Positions 23,086 to 35,001 of a stretch of 64,000 bases of DNA are shown in pieces. A program made the position numbers and the translations under genes. The stretch's first letter is position 1; every line of letters begins with the position of its first letter. The notes under the pieces were generated by a model, which was given only the letters and a program-made list of their open reading frames with translations, was not told where the DNA came from and ran no database searches. The stretch spans positions 3,782,001 through 3,846,000 of the forward strand of contig CATNEN010000029.1 of assembly GCA_950097015.1 (NCBI GenBank), given 5' to 3'. The stretch comes from Macrostomum hystrix (Eukaryota > Animalia > Platyhelminthes).

Positions 23086-23866
23086 GTAAGACTGATGAAT
23101 TCGTGATTAAATGCAACACTGATTTATTTGCAGTAGAAAGATGGCCCCATGGCCTGCTGGAGTACATTGTGTGAACTAAAAAACAGTATTGTAGTTCATT
23201 TTTTATATAAAAATATTAATTAGATGCATTCTAACCTTCTGACATTTTCATCAGCTGACAAAGCCAAATCGAATGACAGAAGAAAGCCAGGTTAACATCT
23301 ATTCGATTCACTTTTTATATCTGTCTGCGAGTAGTTCACACTGACTTGTTCACCAATTTTCTTTCACGAAGCACAAAGGCTATTGTTGTCTTCCGTTTCT
23401 TGGGGCGTCAAAGTAAAAGTGCAAAAGCGAATTTTGTAGAACAAGATCAGGGTCGCTTTGCCGCTCACACATTCCTGAGTATGCTTGCCCAGGAACAATA
23501 GTGCACACATAGCTGCTGCCTACCCACCCGCGGGATATTGCTATTGGCGTCACAGAATCTTCCTCTTATGAATTAGACATGACCAATCTTGTTGTAGCTG
23601 TCTAGACAGGACAGTCACTTGACTTTGACATGCCACCGTGCACCGGGTTTTGTGTTAGCCCCTGGTCAAGCATGTTCTAGCTGCCTGATGTTGGCTAAGC
23701 TAACAATAAAGTCAAGCCTTGTCACCCTTAGCTAACAAGGCGGACGGAATGTAGATTGTAATATGATCAATGCGAGACAATATCAATGAGCAGACAGAGA
23801 TGAAGTGGCTCAACTTCTGGTAGCTTCTGTTCGAAATACACTGTATGTTCTAGCCAGGGTCTTAAG

Positions 23867-24510
23867 TCTGAGCTTGAGCACTATTCTCACCGTCTGAGCT
23901 ATCAGATTGAGCACTATTCTCACCGTCTGAGCTATCAGATTGAGCACTATTCTCACTGTCTGAGCTATCAGATTGAGCACTATTCTCACCGTCTGAGCTA
24001 TCAGCTTGAGCACTATTCTCACTGTCTGAGCTATCAGATTGAGCACTATTCTCACTGTCTGAGCTATCAGATTGAGCACTATTCTCACTGTCTGAGCTAT
24101 CAGATTGAACACTATTCGCACTGTCTGAGCTATCAGATTGAGCACTATTCTCACCGTCTGAGCTATCAGATTGAGCACTATTCTCACTGTCTGAGCTATC
24201 AGATTGAGCACTATTCTCACCGTCTGAGCTATCAGATTGAGCACTATTCTCACCGTCTGAGCTATCAGATTGAGCACTATTCTCACCGTCTGAGCTATCA
24301 GATTGAGCACTATTCTCACTCTCTGAGCTATCAGCTTGAGCACTATTCTCACCGTCTGAGCTATCAGATTGAGCACTATTCTCACTGTCTGAGCTATCAG
24401 ATTGAGCACTATTCTCACTGTCTGAGCTATCAGATTGAGCACTATTCTCACTGTCTGAGCTATCAGATTGAGCACTATTCTCACCGTCTGAGCTGTCAGC
24501 TTGAGCACTT
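23867..24510 (+). repeat. Minisatellite, 33-bp unit GAGCACTATTCTCACTGTCTGAGCTATCAGATT
   Basis: About 19 near-identical units. Confidence 0.96.
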
Positions 24511-25299
24511 TTCCAACGCTTATCGGATTTAGAATCAGACGAGCCAATACTATTCTATTGTTTGAGTCAGCAGCGAGTGAACTGTTGGAGGCTTTGCATT
24601 CTGAGTGCAGTGTAAATAGGCTCACAGACTGGGGCACAATGCTCTGGTATTTTACCAGACGGAGGCGGAGGGACTAAGCTTATGGGATTTCTCGCTAGAG
24701 GCATTTTTGCCAGCACTCAACTAGTGCTGCCCCACACAAAGGAATTTAGCAATGAATTCAATGGCCCATTTATTAATTTTATTAATAACGACTGGTCCTT
24801 TGTTGATTGAAGACAGCACAATCAGTATCTCGATAAAATAGGCTTAAAGTAAAGTTTTTCCAATATCAGGAAATTGCCCTCGAAAAGCGAGCTGGGCTTT
24901 TACTAGCGGATTCACTCGGGCTTATTGCGATATTAGAATGCTAACATTCTTAATTAAGTGCTTGCCTACAAGCAAGGCTCATTAGGTACTCTACTCAAAT
25001 TTGTCTGCTCTGTGACTCAAGCCTATTGTACTGGCCTAGTCTGTTCTGCCTTCACACGTCTATCTCTCTGGCTGCTTCTTCTGCTAGAGGCAGAATTTAT
25101 TTCAATCCCGTTTCCTCGCTTGGTGCAGACAGGAAGAGAGAAAATTTTCACTTGGACACGAAAAAAGCTGTTCTGCGTTTTAATTTGGAAAATTTTCGAA
25201 TCAAATAAAACCTGTCCGACTAAGAGTACTCTGCACTGCAGGGTCAACTCACACGCTTCAGAATTCTGTTGAAAATATACTCAAAAGACATGCAGGAGG

Positions 25300-26285
25300 G
25301 ATGAGACAGGGGAGATATGAGACACAGGAGAGATGAGACACAGGAGAGATGAGACACAGGAGAGATGAGACACAGGAGAGATGAGACACAGAAGAGATGA
25401 GACAGGGGGGATGAGACAGGGGGGAGATGAGACAGGGGGAGATGAGACAGGGGGGAGATGAGACAGGGGGAGATGAGACAGGGGGGAGATGAGACACGGG
25501 AGATGAGACACGGGAGATGAGACAGAGGGAGATGAGACACGGGGGATGAGACAGGGGGAGATGAGACACGGGAGATGAGACACGGGAGATGAGACAGAGG
25601 GAGATGAGACACGGGGGATGAGACAGGGGGGAGATGAGACAGGGGGAGATGAGACAGGGGGGAGATGAGACAGGGGGAGATGAGACACGGGGGAGATGAG
25701 ACAGGGGGAGATGAGACAGGGGAGAGATGAGACACGGGAGAGATGAGACACGGGAGAGATGAGACACGGGAGAGATGAGACACGGGAGAGATGAGACACG
25801 GGAGAGATGAGACACGGGAGAGATGAGACACGGGAGAGATAAGACATGGGAAGAGATGAGACACGGGAAGAGATGAGACACGGGAGAGATGAGACACGGG
25901 AGAGATGAGACACGGGAGAGATGAGACACGGGAGAGATGAGACACGGAAGAGATGAGACACGGGAGAGATGAGACAAAGGAGAGATGAGACACAGAAGAG
26001 ATGAGACACGGGAGAGATGAGACAAAGGAGAGATGAGACACAGAAGAGATGAGACACGGGAGAGATGAGACAAAGGAGAGATGAGACACAGAAGAGATGA
26101 GACAGGAGAGAGATGAGACATGGGAAGAGATGAGACACTGGAGAGATGAGACACGGGAGAGATGAGACACGGGAGAGATGAGACACGGGAGAGATGAAAC
26201 AGGGCGAGATGAGACACGGGAGAGATGAGACAAAGGAGAGATGAGACACAGAAGAGATGAAACATGGGAGAGATGAGACAGATAT
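25300..26285 (+). repeat. Minisatellite, 14-17-bp unit GGGAGAGATGAGACAC
   Basis: About 60 purine-rich units. Confidence 0.95.
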
Positions 26286-26839
26286 AAATAAGATAGGGGA
26301 GAGATGACATGGCTAATATGATTAATATCTCTCATAAGTTTAATGCTCGGAAGAGAGACATGGGATCAGTCAGGCAGTTGTTGGCAGTCTTACCAAAACG
26401 GTAAATATTAGCCATCTACATTGGGGACTCAAAGATAGGGGCAAACATCGGCCAGCCAGCGAACACTGAGCAGGCAGACAAACTCAATTCCTTCCTAGAA
26501 ACTGCGCACTAGAAGAATGTTATTTTATATTTTATACTAATGCACTTTTATGTAAGCCTTTATAAAATTCACCTACCGCGGTAAAAAAGCAGCCCGAAGA
26601 TTTGCTTTGAATTCACTGAGTAATCTGGCGCAGTCAGTTTCTTCTTTTGTTCTTCCTTTCTGCGATTTTTTCTCCCGCTTCTTGTCGCCGGTGTGAAAAC
26701 AGTTTTTTGTGAGGCCCGCCGCCTCCGCGGCTGTTTTGTCTGCTTTTACTCTGACTTGCACTTTCATTTAGACATTTTATTCCTGCGTGATTCTCGGTTG
26801 TTCTTCCAACTTGAATGCGAGAAAATCCCCTCTAATGAA

Positions 26840-28145
26840 AACTAAAATCCCATCATAATGATAAAGTCCCACCACATGGATAAAATCCCACCACATGGAT
26901 AAAATCCCAACCCAATGATAAAATCCCACCGCAAGGATAAAATCCAATCGCAAGGATCAATTCCCACCACAAGGATAAAATCCAATCGCAAGGATAAAAT
27001 CCCACCACAAGGATAAAATCCCAACACAATGATAAAATCCCACCACAAGGATAAAATCCCACCACAAGGACAAAATCCCAACACAATGATAAAATCCCAC
27101 CACAAGGATAAAATCCCACCACAAGGATAAAATCCAATCGCAAGGATAAAATCCCACCACAAGGATAAAATCCCAACACAATGATAAAATCCCAACACAA
27201 TGATAAAATACCACCGGCCAGCCAGCCGGTGGGATTTCCACTGACTTCCACTGACTTTCCGAATTCGCCCACCGACTTTCCGAATTCTCCCACCGACTTT
27301 CCGAATTCTCCCAACGACTTTCCGAATTCTCCCACTGACTTTCAGCTCCGAACGACTTTCCGAATACGCCCACCGACTTTCCGAATTCTCCCACCGCAAG
27401 GATAAAATCCAATCGCAAGGATAAAATCCCACCACAAGGATAAAATCCCAACACAATGATAAAATCCCACCACAAGGATAAAATGCCAACACAAGGATAA
27501 AATCCCACCGCAAGGATAAAATCCAATCGCAAGGATAAAATCCCACCACAAGGATAAAATCCCACCACAAGGATAAAATTCCAACACAATGATCAAATCC
27601 CACCACAAGGATAAAATCCCAACACAATGATAAAATCCCACCACAAGGATAAAATGCCAACACAATGATAAAATCCCACCACAAGGATAAAATCCCAACA
27701 CAATGAAAAAATCTAATTACAGGAAAAATTCCCACCACAAGGATAAAATGCCAACACAAGGATAAAATCCCACCACAAGGATAAAATCCCACCACAAGGA
27801 TAAAATCCCACCACAAGGATGAAATCCAATCGCAAGGATAAAATCCCACCACAAGGATAAAATCCCAACACAATGATAAAATCCCACCACAAGGATAAAA
27901 TCCCAACACAATGAAAAAATCTAATCACAGGAAAAAATCCAACAACAATGATAAAATCCCACCACAAGGATAAAATCCCATCACAAGGAAAAAATTCCAT
28001 CAAAATGATAAAATCCAATCGCAAGGATAAAATCCCATCACAAGGATAAAAATCCCATCACAAGGATGTAAATCCCATCACAAGGAAAAAAATAATATCA
28101 AAAGGATAGAATTCCCATCAAAAGGCTAAATCCCATCGCAAAGAA
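26840..28145 (+). repeat. Minisatellite, about 19-20-bp unit CAAGGATAAAATCCCACCA, with a foreign insert at 27211-27396
   Basis: Tandem degenerate units interrupted by a copy of the downstream array. Confidence 0.93.
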
Positions 28146-28190
28146 AAAATCCCCAAATAGTTATAAAACTCCCACCCAAAACTCCCACAG

Positions 28191-28386
28191 GCTGCGAGCC
28201 CTCAGTTACATTCGACAATCAGCGGAACCGGTTCAGCGGTGGCCGGTGGCGCGGCACCCAGATTGTGTACGACAGCGAGCGCAGCCCCAGGTACTGCAGC
28301 CCGCAGCCGGTGCCTGAGGACACCTGTCCCTCCCTGGTGTTCGAGTCCAGGTTTGAGTCGGGCAACCTCAGACAGGCTCGACGAGT
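28191..28386 (+). CDS. AGBL2/AGBL3: CCP2/3-like exon 3
   Basis: Acceptor CTCCCACAG at 28190; encodes the CCP hallmark LVFESRFESGNLRQARRV; donor GTAAG at 28387, phase 2. Confidence 0.93.
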
Positions 28387-28427
28387 GTAAGAAACTGAGC
28401 TGGTCACTTTCATTAGCTGTCCGAATC

Positions 28428-29546
28428 CCCGACTGTCCGAATCCCCCGACTTTCCGAATTCTCCCACCGACTTTCCGAATTCGCCCACCGACTTTCCGAA
28501 TTCTCCCAACGACTTTCCGAATTATCCCACCGACTTTCCGAATTCTCCCAACGACTTTCCGAATTCTCCCACCGACTTTCCGAATTCGCCCACCGACTTT
28601 CCGAATTCGCCCACCGACTTTCCGAATTCTCCCACCGACTTTCCGAATTCTCCCAACGACTTTCCGAATTCTCCCACCGACTTTCAGCTCCGAACGACTT
28701 TCCGAATTCGCCCACCGACTTTCCGAATTCTCCAACCGACTTTCCGAATTCGCCCACCGACTTTCCGAATTCTCCCACCGACTTTCCAAATTCGCCCACC
28801 GGCTTTCCGAATTCTCCCACCGACTTTCAGCTCCGACCGACTTTCCGAATTCTTCCACCGACTTTCCGAATTCTCCCACCGACTTTCAGCTCCGACCGAC
28901 TTTCCGAATTCTTCCACTGACTTTCCGAATTCGCCCACCGACTTTCCGAATTCTCCCACCGACTTTCCGAATTCTCCCAACGACTTTCCGAATTCTCCCA
29001 CTGACTTTCAGCTCCGAACGACTTTCCGAATACGCCCACCGACTTTCCGAATTCTCCCACCGACTTTCCGAATTCGCCCACCGACTTTCCGAATTCTCCC
29101 ACCGACTTTCCAAATTCGCCCACCGGCTTTCCGAATTCTCCCACCGACTTTCAGCTCCGACCGACTTTCCGAATTCTTCCACTGACTTTCCGAATTCGCC
29201 CACCGACTTTCCGAATTCTCCCACCGGCTTTCCGAATTCTCCCACCGACTTTCAGCTCCGACCGACTTTCCGAATTCTTCCACCGACTTTCCGAATTCTC
29301 CCACCGACTTTCAGCTCCGACCGACTTTCCGAATTCTTCCACTGACTTTCCGAATTCGCCCACCGACTTTCCGAATTCTCCCACCGACTTTCCGAATTCT
29401 CCCACCGACTTTCAGCTCCGACCGACTTTCCGAATTCTTCCACCGACTTTCCGAATTCTCCCACCGACTTTCAGCTCCGACCGACTTTCCGAATTCTTCC
29501 ACCGACTTTCCGAATTCTTCCACCGACTTTCCGAATTCGCCCACCA
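28428..29546 (+). repeat. Minisatellite, 21-bp unit CCGACTTTCCGAATTCTCCCA interleaved with a shorter CTTTCAGCTCCGA variant
   Basis: About 55 units starting about 40 nt after the exon 3 donor. Confidence 0.95.
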
Positions 29547-29924
29547 ACTGTCCGAATTTTAGGATTTCCCACCGTCTTCAGTAGCTCAGTTAAACTGGAA
29601 TGCAGAAAAGACCACACACTTTTTAAATGCCAAAACATATTTTTCAAAACGAAATTTTGTATATTGGTAGCCGATGAAAAACTGTGCAACAAAAATCGAG
29701 TAAAGCGGCAGGGAGTTAAAATAAAAATACGCATGATTTTCAAGAAAATCTCATGTGGCTTGAAAAAGACAAGTTTCTAAGAAATAGCAAAAAACGAAAA
29801 AGCCTGAAAAATGTTTGCAAAATCGATTCTGTTCTCATTAATAAATCTTTAACTAGCACATCGGGGATTCTAACTCGCCATCGTTAATAACTATTAGCTG
29901 ATAACTGTGAGCGACCTGACATTG

Positions 29925-30343
29925 AGCTCACATCTAGCTACCAGCTCACATCTAGCTACCAGCTCACATCTAGCTACCAGCTCACATCTAGCTACCAGCT
30001 CACATCTAACTACCAGCTCACATCTAGCTACCAGCTCACATCTAGCTACCAGCTCACATCTAGCTACCAGCTCACATCTAACTACCAGCTCACATCTAGC
30101 TACCAGCTCACATCTAGCTACCAGCTCACATCTAACTACCAGCTCACATCTAGCTACCAGCTCACATCTAGCTACCAGCTCACATCTAGCTACCAGCTCA
30201 CATCTAGCTACCAGCTCACATCTAGCTACCAGCTCACATCTAGCTACCAGCTCACATCTAGCTACCAGCTCACATCTAGCTACCAGCTCACATCTAGCTA
30301 CCAGCTCACATCTAGCTACCAGCTCACATCTAGCTACCAGCTA
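29925..30343 (+). repeat. Minisatellite, 18-bp unit AGCTCACATCTAGCTACC (just 3' of the Kv stop codon)
   Basis: About 23 near-identical units. Confidence 0.96.
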
Positions 30344-30368
30344 CTTATGAGCTCACACCCAGAGTGTC

Positions 30369-31711
30369 CTAACAGGATGAGTGATAGATCCATGCCTTGG
30401 CCCGCTTGACCGAGTCTCTGGCCCCCTCAACAAACTTGCCAACCTCGCCGCGAAGGAGCAGGTGCGAAGTGTGGCCGTAGTAGCGATGAAAGTTTTCCGA
30501 CACGATGGGCACAGTGACGGCGACAACAATGAGACCCACCAGGCTGCACAGGATGGCGAGAATTCTGCCTTCAACGGTGCTAGGCGTGATGTCTCCATAG
30601 CCCACTGTAGTGATGGTGATCATCGCCCAGTAGTAGCCGTGGAACATTGTGCTGACCTTGTCCTTGTTGTCCTTGTCGGAGCGTTCCATCAGGAAGAAGA
30701 CTGTGCCAAACAGGAAGGTGGCGGTGAACACCAGCAGAGCCACCACCAGTAGGTCACTGAGACCCTTCAGCAGAGTGTAGGCCAGCACCTGGATGCCCAT
30801 GAAGTGGCGGATCAGGCGGAACACGCGGAAGAACAGAGCCACGCTGAGCAGTTCGAAAAGCCAGCCAATGGGACTGCGCAGGTCCAGCCGGCTGCCGGTC
30901 ATGCGGAACAGCAGGTAGCCGTAGAGCGGCACTAGCGAGGCGACGTCGTTCCATGTGTGCGGCGAGCGGACGAACTTGGCTCGGTTGGGCGCCAGCAGAG
31001 CCCGCAGCATCAGGTCCAGGGTGAAGAGCAGGGTGAAGCTGCTCTGGCAGATCACGTAGGCCATGTCGGCCCGGGCTGCGTCGGACAGTTCGCCGTTGGG
31101 CAGCGTGCAGTTGGCGCCGCGGTGGCCGCTTCGATGTCCCCAGTCGCTGCACTCGTGCGGTGGGTCCTTGGTGTACATGACGGCCGAGGCGATGGAGCAG
31201 AGGAACATCAGCAGGGCATAGAAGGCGGCGGGAATGGAGCTGCACGGCTGGTTCAAACCGGTCCACAGCCATCGCAGCGGCGTCCTCTTTCCGCGGCTCT
31301 GGTCCTGGTCGCCTGCTTGTACCAGCTCATCGTCAGCCGGATCAGCGAGTGCGCTGGCCTCGAATTCGTCCAGCAGCACCTTCCAGCGCTTGCTGTCCAG
31401 CGCCGTGTGCATGCAGCAGGACTCCAGGCAGTCAGGTGTCACCTTAACATTCCAGTGCTGCAGCTCTTTCTCTAGCAGCGGGCCGCACAGGTAGTTTGGC
31501 AGGTGCATCTGACTGTGCCGGTGATAGTTGAGCAGCAGGCGAAACACTACCGGATCCAAATCGTAGTACTTCTCGCCGTTGGGACAGTTCACAGATTTCT
31601 GAGTGTCTTCCAGAAGCTTAAGCAGGTCCTCGTACGGATGAGTTTTCAATACCCGCTCGGGAAAGTACATTCTTTCGCCTCTCATGTTCAAGGTCAGCAT
31701 TCGCTGCGGTA

Positions 31712-31742
<31 letters not shown>

Positions 31743-31781
31743 CTCCCTGGCGTGGATTGTTAAATGATTTTGCGACTGCAT
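30369..31781 (-). CDS. Shaw: Intronless Shaw/Kv3-like voltage-gated K+ channel subunit, 470 aa, nested antisense in CCP intron 3
   Basis: T1 domain with Zn motif HLPNYLC...CC; six hydrophobic segments; S4 FELLSVALFFRVFRLIRH aligns with Shaw LEFFSIIRIMRLFKLTRH; filter TITTVGYGD; Q9 tract at the N-terminus. Confidence 0.93.
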
Positions 31782-32029
31782 TTCTGAAAATGTTTTGTCG
31801 CTGAACTGAACAGGAATGCATCTAGCGGGCTCAAATTAGTCAAGCTAGCAATATGAATACGTGTCAGCCAATCAAATCGCTGGAAGGGCAGAGAATGAAG
31901 GCTTGGGGTGGGTGTAGAAACAACTGATATAAAACGTGCCGAGTGGAAGCACTGGATGTACATGTCTCGTAGATTTTTCTTACCAATCAGCGTCAAGTTG
32001 CACTCTACAGACAGGCCTGCGCAATGGAC

Positions 32030-32031
<2 letters not shown>

Positions 32032-32065
<34 letters not shown>

Positions 32066-32394
32066 TGCAGGAGGGCTGCGGGCAATGGCACATCATTTGG
32101 TGACACTAGACCCGCAGCCAGCGAGGAGGCAATTCTGCCCATTTCGCTGACTCCTGAGCACACACGCACACAAATACTGTACGCAGGCATACGCTCACAC
32201 AGGTGTGTACATCTGCCCTGACTTTCTCATCGTCAGGCAGTGTACACTTCACTGTGTCTTGGAGGTTGGCCCTCAAGGGCGTCAATTGCACGACAAGCCC
32301 CAAAGCTGTCGTGCAATTGTGGCCTCGCCGTGGAATCGAACTTAGGGACCGTGTTGCGAGAGGCAAACGCGTTAACCGCTCTGCCACTCACCCC
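32032..32394 (-). mobile_element. tRNA-derived SINE, family B, copy 3 (full length)
   Basis: Perfect 16-bp TSD CCTGCGCAATGGACAA at 32016-32031 and 32395-32410; (AAT)n tail; A/B-box-like head. Confidence 0.93.
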
Positions 32395-33406
32395 CCTGCG
32401 CAATGGACAAACCTGAATATGCTCATTTAAATTTCCAATTATATTTGTATGCACAATAGTGTTACTCTAACTAGGTAACTCGAACATCGTCGGACATATC
32501 AAATCAATTCCTAAGGTCCGTTCGCAACGCCATCATCAAATGCATCTAAATTCGTATTCATAAAACTTTTTCATAACTTGCCGTCTCTACAGGTATTCAT
32601 GTAAGGGTTTGTGTGCGTTACTATGTGCGTTACAAGCCACTAAGCACCTCAAATAAATTAGAATTTGCAGACAGAATTGGGCTAAAATCTGAAATTGTTC
32701 AGCAAATAAAGGGAAACTCCAGTTTGTTTAGTGATTCCCGGGCCAGCTGAGCAGTCTGAGGCTGACTGATGAAGGGAGAGCTCAGACTAAACTGAGACAG
32801 ATTCTTGCTTGTGTCACGGATAATCAAGTCTCCATCTTTACCCACTGCTGCAAAATTCATTAGGAATCAGTTCCCCCCAGGCCCCTGAATCCCTTCAATC
32901 CTGCTGCTCATTCACTGAGCCTAGGGGGCAATGGGCACAGGCAGACCCTTGCGTGCTGGTGATGCTCAGTGGGCCGTGAACCCGCGATCTCTCCCGCACT
33001 GCTCAGCATTTTGAGAGAGGACAGGTGCGTCAAAAATGGTGGATTCTACATCACTGAGCTCCTGACAGTTGCTTGAGCATACTTGGCAGGGCAGCTACTA
33101 GAGCTGTTTGAGGATGATTTGTAAAATTAGCGCGCTAGAATAGGCATTTCCACAGGTATTGCTCTCAGGTGAGAGTCGGCACACATTGTTTAGCCGGATG
33201 CAATCAATGCGGTCCCTCTATATAGTTCGCGGAGTTTGCATGACCTGAACTTTTAGCGTGAATTAATGTTGCAAAGTGGGTACAACTTAGCAACCTGTAG
33301 CGAGTTACTAATCTAACGAGTCATTTTTATATTGTAACTCGATTTACTAGACATCGAAAGTAAACGAACATCGGTTAGTCTAAAGTCCGAAGATCCGAAC
33401 TCGCTC

Positions 33407-33666
33407 CAACCCGAACTCACTCCAACCCGAACTCACTCCAACCCGAACTCACTCCAACCCGAACTCACTCCAACCCGAACTCACTCCAACCCGAACTCAC
33501 TCCAACCCGAACTCACTCCAAACCGAACTCACTCCAACCCGAACTCACTCCAACCCGAACTCACTCCAACCCGAACTCACTCCAAACCGAACTCACTCCA
33601 AAACTAACAACACTCTAAAACGAACTCACTCTAAAACGAACTCACTCCAACCCGAACTCACTCCAG
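33407..33666 (+). repeat. Minisatellite, 16-bp unit CCAACCCGAACTCACT ending at the exon 4 acceptor
   Basis: About 16 units; the last unit ends CTCACTCCAG. Confidence 0.93.
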
Positions 33667-33979
33667 TGGCATGTTCGAATACGAGCTGGTCCTTCGCACG
33701 GATTTGTACACCAAGCGGCACACCCAGTGGTTCTACTTCCGGGTGCAGAACGCTGTACCTGGCATTGTGTACAGGTTCATCATTGTGAATCTGCTCAAGT
33801 CGAGCAGCCTCTACGGCGAAGGCATGAAGCCGCTGTTCTACTCGGAGAAGTGTGCTCAAAATGGGGGCCTGGGCTGGCACAGATCCGGGCACCATATCCG
33901 CTACTCCAGGAACGCCACCCGACTGCAGTCTGCACTTCTGCAGAGGGACATGGCCTACTACCAGCTGGAGTGGCAGATG
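33667..33979 (+). CDS. AGBL2/AGBL3: CCP2/3-like exon 4
   Basis: YELVLRTDLYTKRHTQWFYFRVQN...YRFIIVNLLKSSSLYGEGMKPLFYS, typical of the CCP2/3 N-domain; donor GTAATC at 33980. Confidence 0.95.
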
Positions 33980-34120
33980 GTAATCATTTCCATTGCTACT
34001 CAGATTCTAACTCGATACTTCAATTTGATAATCCGCACTCAGCTTAGCTCATATAAGCATGTGCTCAAACAGTCGTCTCGTCGTCATAAACGAGTCTTTC
34101 CATGGACCTCATCCCACCAG

Positions 34121-34304
34121 GACTTTCCGCACGCCTCTGACAGCTGCTACCTGGCGCACAGCTATCCCTACACCTACTCGGACCTCCGCACCGACCTGAC
34201 CGGACTGCAGCGAGATCAGGCACGAAGGCGCTACGCCACAGAAGAAGTCCTCTGCGAGACTCGCGCTGGTAATGCCTGCTTCCTGCTCACGGTCACTGAC
34301 TCTG
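34121..34304 (+). CDS. AGBL2/AGBL3: CCP2/3-like exon 5
   Basis: CYLAHSYPYTYSDL motif; acceptor CCCACCAG; donor GTGAGT at 34305. Confidence 0.93.
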
Positions 34305-34593
34305 GTGAGTGGAACTGTGTTGCTTACTTACTTTGACTTCAGGGGTCACCATCCGGATGAAGCGGGGAGGCGTAGCCGCCCATTTTGCAAAAACCTGGTG
34401 ACCAAACCTGGCGGCAACGTTGCCAGCGTCCACAGCGTCCAGTCATTCTCCGGAGAGTCCAGGTGGTGGAGTGAAGCTTGACCGGTGACTCTCAGGTCAC
34501 TGCTTGGCCAAGCCCTTCTTTCTTCCTACTTTGAACACCGGTTTTTCCTGCGTCTTTGTACAAATACCTATGCGACATCACCTCGCAATGCAG

Positions 34594-34745
34594 ACGTCCC
34601 GGACACCGAGAAGCTCGGCGTGGTGGTGACGGCTCGAGTGCACCCGGGCGAGGCCAACAGCAGCTGGATGATGAAGGGGCTCATCGACTTCCTCACCGGC
34701 GACAACCAAGTGGCTAACGAGCTGCGGCGCCATTTCATCTTCAAG
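34594..34745 (+). CDS. AGBL2/AGBL3: CCP2/3-like exon 6 (Zn ligands)
   Basis: TARVHPGEANSSWMMKGLIDFL (HxxE); donor GTGCGT at 34746. Confidence 0.95.
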
Positions 34746-34759
34746 GTGCGTCCTTCAAG

Positions 34760-34922
34760 CCTTCCCAAGCATCCCAAGAATCCCCAAGCATGCCAGTACC
34801 CCCAGACATTCCCACGCATTCCTTACGCATCTCTAGAATCATCCCAGTATCCCCAGACGTCCCCAAGCGTTCCCAAGTGTTCCCAAGCGTTCCCAAGCGT
34901 TCCCAAGCCTTCCCAAACGTCC
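34760..34922 (+). repeat. Degenerate 10-bp repeat CCCAAGCGTT
   Basis: Short imperfect tandem run in CCP intron 6. Confidence 0.7.
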
Positions 34923-35001
34923 TAAAGACGTTCGCTCATAGTTTGTCAGTACTCGAAGAGTATCATCATTCTTGATCCTCAAACCATCACCACCCTGACA
35001 G

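Noticed and set aside
20951-23174. 450-aa His-rich (AHPVT)n ORF and 707-aa (SQLTL)n ORF
   Set aside because: Both are read-throughs of CCP intron 1; canonical donor 21051 and acceptor 22293 join the unique parts in one frame
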